From Eledone cirrhosa (lineage: Eukaryota), in the NCBI GenBank assembly GCA_964016885.1, contig OZ024765.1:9734001-9798000 (forward strand): a stretch of DNA of 64,000 nt, in the 5' to 3' direction. Positions 22,897-64,000 of the stretch are shown piece after piece. How positions within the stretch are numbered: position 1 is the first letter of the stretch; each line of letters opens with the position of its first letter. Position numbers and translations under genes: made by a program. A model generated the notes under the pieces. It had not been told where the DNA came from. It was given only the letters and a program-made list of their open reading frames with translations, and did not search any database.

Positions 22897-23854
22897 GCTG
22901 TAATCATTTACTAATGGCGCCAACCTCGGCCGTACATTTCATCAGGGGAGACTACTCTCGTCCTTTATGTGGTCTGCTAGATACAGCAGCCAAGTCACCC
23001 TCAAATGAGACCCCCTATAACGTATTTTGTTTATTTTAGTCAGAAAGGGTATATTAGATAATGTGGTAAATTATTATAATTATTATTATACCCGTCTGTA
23101 ATGTTTGTTTCTACTTTGGGAACAAGGCCTGCAATTATCCCAGTGCATTACTGGTGCTTTATTTTATCGACCCCGTAAGGCTGAAAGGCAAGGTTAGAAG
23201 TTGCATGGCACAATGTCGTGGGTTCGATTTCTGGACTACGATGTGTGCAAAACATCTCATTTCACGTAGATTCAGTATACTCAACAGAAAATGCGATGGA
23301 CTGGTGTCCTGTGCAGGGGCGAGTCTTTTACTCTCAGTCGTTCTACCTCACGGCCTGACGAACCTCTGGACTCGAGACAGACTTCAGGCACCTGACTCGG
23401 AGACAAGGGCTATGGATTTCTCGTGGTGGAGGAACCACAGAAAACGACTAATTTATGATAGTTTTAAAGTTCCTATTCGTTGAAAATACATTAAAAAATC
23501 TTTATTTAAATGCTTTATTTTATCGACTCCGTAAGAATAAGAGACAAAGCTAACCTCGACGGGATTTGAACTCATTTTTTTTTTTTACATATGGACTGTT
23601 TTCTAAATATGTGGGTGCAACAAGGAAAACTAGAGAAGCAGTTCCATCCAGTGTACCACACCATTTTGGCGACGGCCCGTCTCGGGTGGGGGAACCACAG
23701 AAAACAAGTCATTTACGATGGTTTTGAAGGCAATATTAGATCAAAACACAAATTTCACCTTCAAAATTCTAACCCCATTTATCAACTAACTACCTATAAA
23801 ATTATCATTACCCCAGTTGGGTGTAATACTAAAAATTTACTCCAAAAAAACACC

Positions 23855-24200
23855 AATAAATAAACTCTCCAAATATCGATCGCTCTCCGACAGGTTTGTA
23901 GTCGAGCCCGTAGTAGTGGAGACTTCTGGTTTCCTTGGCCTTAGAGTCACCTCCCTACGCACCATCACGGGTGCAGAGCTGGCTAACCGCAGGTGCTCGC
24001 GAGCTGAATGGCTCATCCAGCGCATCTCCCTCATCATCCACCGCGGAAACGCCTTCTCTATTCTGTCCGCTGGGGCCGCCGGGTGGCCAGCGCGTGGGAC
24101 CCCAGTTGTTCATAACAGTGAGAGATGGGGAGGCCTGGAGATATGGAGGCGATGACAGTGGGAGTTCGGTTCCTCTATGTGCAGACCTGGTGTTCATTTT
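23855..24200 (+). mobile_element. CRE-clade non-LTR retrotransposon 3' fragment (restriction-like endonuclease C-terminus)
   Basis: KLSKYRSLSDRFVVEPVVVETSGFLG...EWLIQRISLIIHRGNAFSILS. Confidence 0.75.
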
Positions 24201-24339
24201 TACACTTATTTTCGGGTTTTACAGCTACTGTTATAAAACCCAATTATGCTATGAAAAGAAACCATTGGACTAATAATAAATACACTAGATAAATAAAAAC
24301 TCTAATAAATAAATAAATACACTAGATAAACGTAAAACA

Positions 24340-24450
24340 AACGTCGACAGAAAACGTGAGTGACATTAGAAAGCGACGTTAAATTAAATTAACGTTTGAC
24401 GTAAAGACGGAAGTGACGTCATGAAAGCGACATTTTCCGGTTCCGGTTTC
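24340..24450. promoter_or_regulatory. CpG-enriched promoter with an overlapping ETS/CRE motif and tandem ETS cores
   Basis: CGGAAGTGACGTCA at 24408-24421, TTCCGGTTCCGG at 24435-24446 and several ACGT motifs. Lies about 350 bp upstream of the ARPC2 ATG, between the divergent genes. Confidence 0.7.
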
Positions 24451-24559
24451 TAATCTAGGAGACTGTCTTTCTTCTGTCAGTCTGTTAGGTGGGACGTCAA
24501 ATTATATTTTGTATTATTAGGAAACACCCCCCTTGCTTTTCGGGGCTAATTAATTGTGT

Positions 24560-24590
<31 letters not shown>

Positions 24591-24793
24591 CACATAAATA
24601 CATATAAACATTTATATATTATATTTGTATAGTTGTTATTGTGTGGGAAGTTTATTCGAGGAAGAGAGATCAAAGAAAAGTTTAAAGGAGCAGAAAGTTT
24701 CCGTGTATTTAGGAAGGCCATTTGTTAGATAATAATTTACAACAGATCACGACAATACACTACGGCCATCTCACAACACAATAAACAACAGTG

Positions 24794-58736
<33,943 letters not shown>

Positions 58737-58875
58737 AAGTTGACGTGATGGCGTTAGAAGAAATGTGAAGAACCCAAATATTGCTACCTTGCTTGCATGT
58801 ATGGACAAGCTCTCTCTCCCCCACCTTACTCGCTTCCAATCTTTCTAATCCCACCCTTTCACCTCCTTCTCTCTT

Positions 58876-58917
<42 letters not shown>

Positions 58918-59696
58918 TTGCCCTACAGGGTTCAGCATTTCTATAAAGATTTATGGTTTCTTTTGTCTAGACAGCCCTTAATTTGAGGGGTGTGTATATA
59001 TGTATATGTGTGTGTGTATTAATATACATAAACATATATACACATACATACATACACACATGTATATGTATAAATATATATATATATACACACACACTCA
59101 TGCATATATTTATATATATATATATGTATACACACATGCATATATTTATATATATATATATGTCTACGCACACACATACATACATATATATTAACTGATG
59201 TCTATTCTCTGATCAGTTCTTTTTACAAGACAATACAATAGAATCGATATTTTGTGTATTGATCAATATTATTCTATACATATGTATGTATGTATGTGTA
59301 TATATATATATACACACACACTCCAGTAATAGAGAAAATGAAGAAATAAATATATATATACAGACACATACATACATCTATTATTAGCGCAGATTAAGTT
59401 TAAACAAATAATTTTTGCTTTCACCCTAAGCAGGGTTATCTGAAATATATATATATATATATAATAGTAGAACACTGGAAGGTTATATCCGTAGTAGTAA
59501 AGCACTCGGTCCATGGAACAAGTTTGGTAGAAGTAGTTCCACAATAGTTAGTTGAAACATTTGTTCTCGGTATGGTGAACTAACTGTTGTGATACTACTT
59601 CTATATATATATATATATAAATATATAGTAATAATAGTAATAATAATAAATTTGAAGACTAAAATCCAAAGAGAGCTCGATAAGGATAAATATATA

Positions 59697-59736
59697 TCTC
59701 ATTCATTTCCCGAGCAACGCCGGGTACATCTGCTAG
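59697..59736 (+). mobile_element. 40-bp mini-Helitron
   Basis: TC...cccg agcaacgc cggg..CTAG between A and T; the empty site is visible in the paralogue at 31081-31110. Confidence 0.65.
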
Positions 59737-60162
59737 TCAAATACATAAGAACCGTAGAGCAAATATTTATTAAAATAACAGATTAAAGTTTAAGCAAAGA
59801 ATCGCTGCTTTCACCCTTAACGGGATCTTCTGAAACTAACAAAGCGATTCTTTGCTTAAACTTTAATCTGTTATTTTAATAAATATATATATATATTTAA
59901 TATAGAAATGGCTTCTACAGGACAAGAACTGTTTCATTCGGGAGAAATCATATATATTAGAGAGAGTCAGCTCAACAGATGAGCTTTTGCTAGTTCCAGG
60001 CTGTTAACAAAGCAGACTTATTGTCAACTGGCCATTTCAGAGCTCAGCCATCAGGCCCCAACTCTACTATCCCAAATATCGAATATTCTGTTGAATAAGG
60101 GTCTTACTAGTTTAACACTGATATATATATATATATATATATATATGTAAAAGATATATATT

Positions 60163-60224
<62 letters not shown>

Positions 60225-60308
60225 AAAGGCAAACAGAAATTACAAAGCAAGCAACTCAGAACAATAAAGTAATATATTAGTTTTATGCTTGATATAGTAG
60301 GAAAAGCG

Positions 60309-60344
60309 TCTTAACGTTTCGGACGCTAGTCTTTCATCAGAAAA
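60309..60344 (-). ncRNA. Ultra-minimal hammerhead motif (family C)
   Basis: Minus strand reads tttt-CTGATGA-aagac tagc gtcc-GAAA-cgTT-aaga; flanks are homologous to the 28080 copy. Confidence 0.5.
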
Positions 60345-60445
60345 TAGAATGAGAAATTAAAGAAGAAATAGAAAGGTAGAGAAGCCTGGGCTGTGGCAGA
60401 AATGAAAAAAAAAATTCCTAGGGGGAAAAAAGGTCCATTCACGTC

Positions 60446-60486
<41 letters not shown>

Positions 60487-60979
60487 ATCTGTGTTTACTG
60501 TTTGTGCCCCATGTCATAATGGTTCTACATGAAGGGATTGATAAAGTAAGTACCGCACTTGGAGACTAACAAAAAAGTACTGGTGTTTGATATGCTCAAC
60601 TAAATCCCTTCAATGCATTGCTCCAGCTTGGCTGGCAGGCATGTCTTTCTTTGATCATGGGATCCCTCTTTGCTCAAACAGGGCTGACCTGGGGCTAAAC
60701 AGCTAAGCAACTAACCAACCAAACCGAGCAACTAGTTAATCCCCCCCCCCTCTCTCCCTCTTTCCTTCCCTCCCTGCACCCATTCAAGCTGTCTGTTCCA
60801 GCTTATGGACTATGGCCCTGCTGGGGCAGCATGCTGTATCAATCTGAAATTTAAAAAAAAATTTTTTTTTAAAATAAATTTTAAAAAGAATATATAAAAT
60901 ATGAAAAAAAAATGTAAAAAACGCAATTCCAGCTACAAAAAAAGCCAGCGAAATCTACCTAGAAATATAGGTGTGTGTG

Positions 60980-61028
<49 letters not shown>

Positions 61029-61160
61029 CATTGGGAAGGGCCATAGAAAACCGGCCAGAAACACCCCTATTTGAGCAAGACACGGTCACTCAACACAACT
61101 TGCCTCAAAATAGGACCCATCTAACCCTTGCTAGCGTGGAAGATGGACGTTTATCGTTGA

Positions 61161-61225
<65 letters not shown>

Positions 61226-61259
61226 TATATATATATATATATATGTGTCTGTGTCTGTA

Positions 61260-61292
<33 letters not shown>

Positions 61293-61459
61293 GTATATAT
61301 ATATACACACACACACATATATATATATGTCTGTATGTGTGTGTATATATATATGTGTCTGTATGTGTGTGTGTGTGTATATATATATATACACACACAC
61401 ACACATATATATATATGTCTGTCTGTCTGTGGATGTGTGTATATATATATGTGTCTGTA

Positions 61460-61517
<58 letters not shown>

Positions 61518-61661
61518 TATATATATATGTCTGTCTGTATGTGTGTGTGTGTATATATATATATGCACACACACACACACACACACAGACAGACATATAT
61601 ATATATGTGTGTGTGTGTATATATATATATATACACACACACATATATATATATGTCTGTC

Positions 61662-61697
<36 letters not shown>

Positions 61698-61857
61698 GTG
61701 TTATCATCATCATCGTTTAACGTCCATCTTCCACACTAGCATGGGTTAGACGCTTTTGTTCCATTTGTTGCGGGATTGGTCGGGAGAGTGTCTCGCTCGT
61801 ACGGAAGTGTCTCTGGCAGGTTTTCTACGGCTGGATGCCCTTCCTAACACCAACCAC

Positions 61858-61911
<54 letters not shown>

Positions 61912-61951
61912 TTATATATAATTAGAAAGTGAACAACATAAAATATAACTA

Positions 61952-62019
61952 CTCCATTACCAAAGGTTTCAGGGTCCCAGACAATATTAATATATGCCTG
62001 GATCAGTCATCAGACAGAG
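61952..62019 (-). ncRNA. Hammerhead ribozyme motif (family B)
   Basis: Minus strand reads ctctgt-CTGATGA-ctgatccaggca tatattaatat tgtctgggaccct-GAAA-cctttgg-TA-atggag. Stem I has 6 bp with 2 GU pairs and stem III is ACC/GGT; the base of stem II is imperfect. Confidence 0.55.
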
Positions 62020-62040
62020 ATGTTAACATCAGATAAACCC

Positions 62041-62108
62041 CTCTGCCTGATGACTGATGCAGACATATATTAATATTGTCTGGGATCCAGAAACCTTTAG
62101 TAATGGAG
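62041..62108 (+). ncRNA. Hammerhead ribozyme motif (family B, inverted and more decayed copy)
   Basis: ctctgc-CTGATGA-...-GAAA-cctttag-TA-atggag, with mismatches in stems I and III. Confidence 0.45.
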
Positions 62109-62201
62109 TTGTTATACTTTATGTTGTTTACTTTCTAACTAAATAGCTCTGTTTTATACATAGAGCATTCTTTTTTCCTTTGCTTTTTCTTCGGAATTAC
62201 C

Positions 62202-62250
<49 letters not shown>

Positions 62251-62685
62251 GCAAACACACACATAAACATATATAGGACAAGTATAGGAAGTATTAAGCC
62301 TCCAGGAGTCATTAAGCTCCACCATATTACAAATTTTGGCAGAAACTGTAACAATTTATTGGTCTCCATATAACTTCCTCTTTAAGAAAAACACATTCTC
62401 GTTCATTCTTGGCATTATATCTATGAGCAGAAAAACCACCCTTTAGTGGTTTTTTCTGCTAGCATGTGTAGTGTGTATATTGATATTATACGCAGGTATA
62501 TATACATGTAGATATGATACATCAAATAAAATCGTAATTGACAATATACACAGAAATTGAAGGAAGACTGTGTTACACTGTCTTATGTAATCAGTAACGT
62601 AATCCATGATACATTAAAAAAAGATGATATTATATATAAACTGCATTAGGAGAAAATTAGTGACGGAAATATATGAATGTTTATT

Positions 62686-62712
62686 TAAGCGATCGCTAAC
62701 CGGAAGTGTTGA
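62686..62712. promoter_or_regulatory. Possible ETS-type promoter element of a neighbouring gene
   Basis: GCGATCGC followed by AACCGGAAGTG in non-repetitive AT-rich sequence; no linked exon found. Confidence 0.25.
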
Positions 62713-62831
62713 CATTTGAAAATTTTAAAGAAGTGAATCTTAAAATAAATAATAAAATATATTTAATGAACAGCCACAAAATTTAGTTGATAAATTATGT
62801 AATATTCATTCATTATTTATTCAAAGTATAT

Positions 62832-63222
62832 GGCGGTGGATTGGCAGTATCGGTAGAGGGTCGGACGCCATGCTTTCCAGAATAGTTACGTCCCTCTCCG
62901 ATCTGAGTTCAAATCCTGCCGAGGTTGACTTTGCCTTTCATCCTTACGGGGTCGATAAAATAAAGTACCAGAAATGCACTGGGTAATTGCTGGCCTTGTG
63001 CCTAAAGTAGAAACAATTATTTATTCAAAGTAAATAAAACAAAGTCGATAAAATAAAGTACCAGTAATGCACTGGGGTAATTGCTGGCCTTGTGCCTAAA
63101 GTAGAAACAATTATTTATTCAAAGTAAATAAAACAAAGTCGATAAAATAAAGTACCAGTAATGCACTGGGGTAATTGCTGGCCTTGTGCCAAAAGTAGAA
63201 ACAATTATTTATTCAAAGTAAT
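62832..63222 (+). mobile_element. Second tRNA-derived SINE family (Meta-domain-like) with a triplicated 93-94-bp tail. Other copies at about 2335-2776, 4677-4790, 12604-12775, 13113-13230, 20045-20455, 28385-28575, 48195-48600
   Basis: gagttcaaatcc B box followed by gcctttcatccttacggggtcgataaaataaagtaccag. Confidence 0.75.
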
Positions 63223-63468
63223 CCAACTTATTTTACAAAGGGGGTAAACAAATATATACCGTACGCAGTCCCGCAGACCTTCCTTTATTATAGTTTAGAT
63301 ACTTGGCTGATGTGCCAAGTATAAATATAATGCATTTGTGGTGTGCTGGAGCTTAATGAGCTCCTGTGGCTTAAAACCCCTGTTTGCCCTACACTAGACC
63401 TTTGATGGGTATAATGTTTCTTTTATCAATTTTACTCTTTTTATTAATTTTGATTCGACATTTTAAAA

Positions 63469-63522
<54 letters not shown>

Positions 63523-63649
63523 GTGTATGTCTGTCTGAATGTATATGTATATATAGCTATATATATATAGATATGTATGTGTGTGTATATATATATATAT
63601 GTATATAGGTATGTGTGTGTATATATATATATATATATGTATATAGGTA

Positions 63650-63697
<48 letters not shown>

Positions 63698-63837
63698 GGT
63701 ATGTATATATATATTTGTATGTGTATAGGTATGTATATATATATTTGTATGTGTATAGGTATGTATATATATATTTGTATGTGTATAGGTATGTATATAT
63801 ATATTTGTATGTGTATAGGTATGTATATATATATTTG

Positions 63838-63877
<40 letters not shown>

Positions 63878-63945
63878 TATGTACATATATATATTTGTAT
63901 GTGTATATATATATATATATTTGTATGTGTATATATATATATTTG

Positions 63946-63987
<42 letters not shown>

Positions 63988-64000
63988 TATGTACATATAT

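Larger units (their letters stand above)
61922..62138. repeat. Imperfect palindrome (about 98-bp arms) carrying two inverted hammerhead motifs
   Basis: Arms 61922-62019 and 62041-62138, adjacent to a (TA)n run. Confidence 0.85.

Noticed and set aside
22897-22923. N-terminal extension MAPLVNDYS in the ORF track
   Set aside because: It starts at a TTG. The ATG at 22896 aligns with the Nup43 family start.
60971-61749. YI/CV/HT-rich ORFs (also 19-469 and 63463-63996)
   Set aside because: Translations of dinucleotide microsatellites.

Overview
Eukaryotic, AT-rich, repeat-dense genomic DNA. It is most likely an octopus or other coleoid cephalopod, an inference from the SINE and microsatellite landscape. 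Two intact, multi-exon housekeeping genes sit head-to-head with their ATGs about 1.9 kb apart. Nup43 is on the minus strand (8 coding exons, 22896->10086, 389 aa) and ARPC2/p34-Arc is on the plus strand (11 coding exons, 24794->58736, 302 aa); all introns are GT-AG and all phases are consistent. Nearly all long ORFs in the supplied track are repeat artefacts. The rest of the window holds tRNA-derived SINEs, RTE/CR1/CRE LINE fragments, TTAA-flanked and TA-flanked MITEs, non-autonomous Helitrons, and many minisatellite arrays that grew out of retroelement internal modules. The most interesting signal is several families of short non-coding elements in or next to (TA)n or (CA)n tracts that carry minimal type I hammerhead ribozyme motifs (stem I-CUGAUGA-stem II-GAAA-stem III-UH-stem I). 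Most are arranged as fold-back inverted pairs, including a near-perfect palindrome with 174-bp arms, and several lie sense inside ARPC2 intron 1. All folding was done by eye and no activity is shown.
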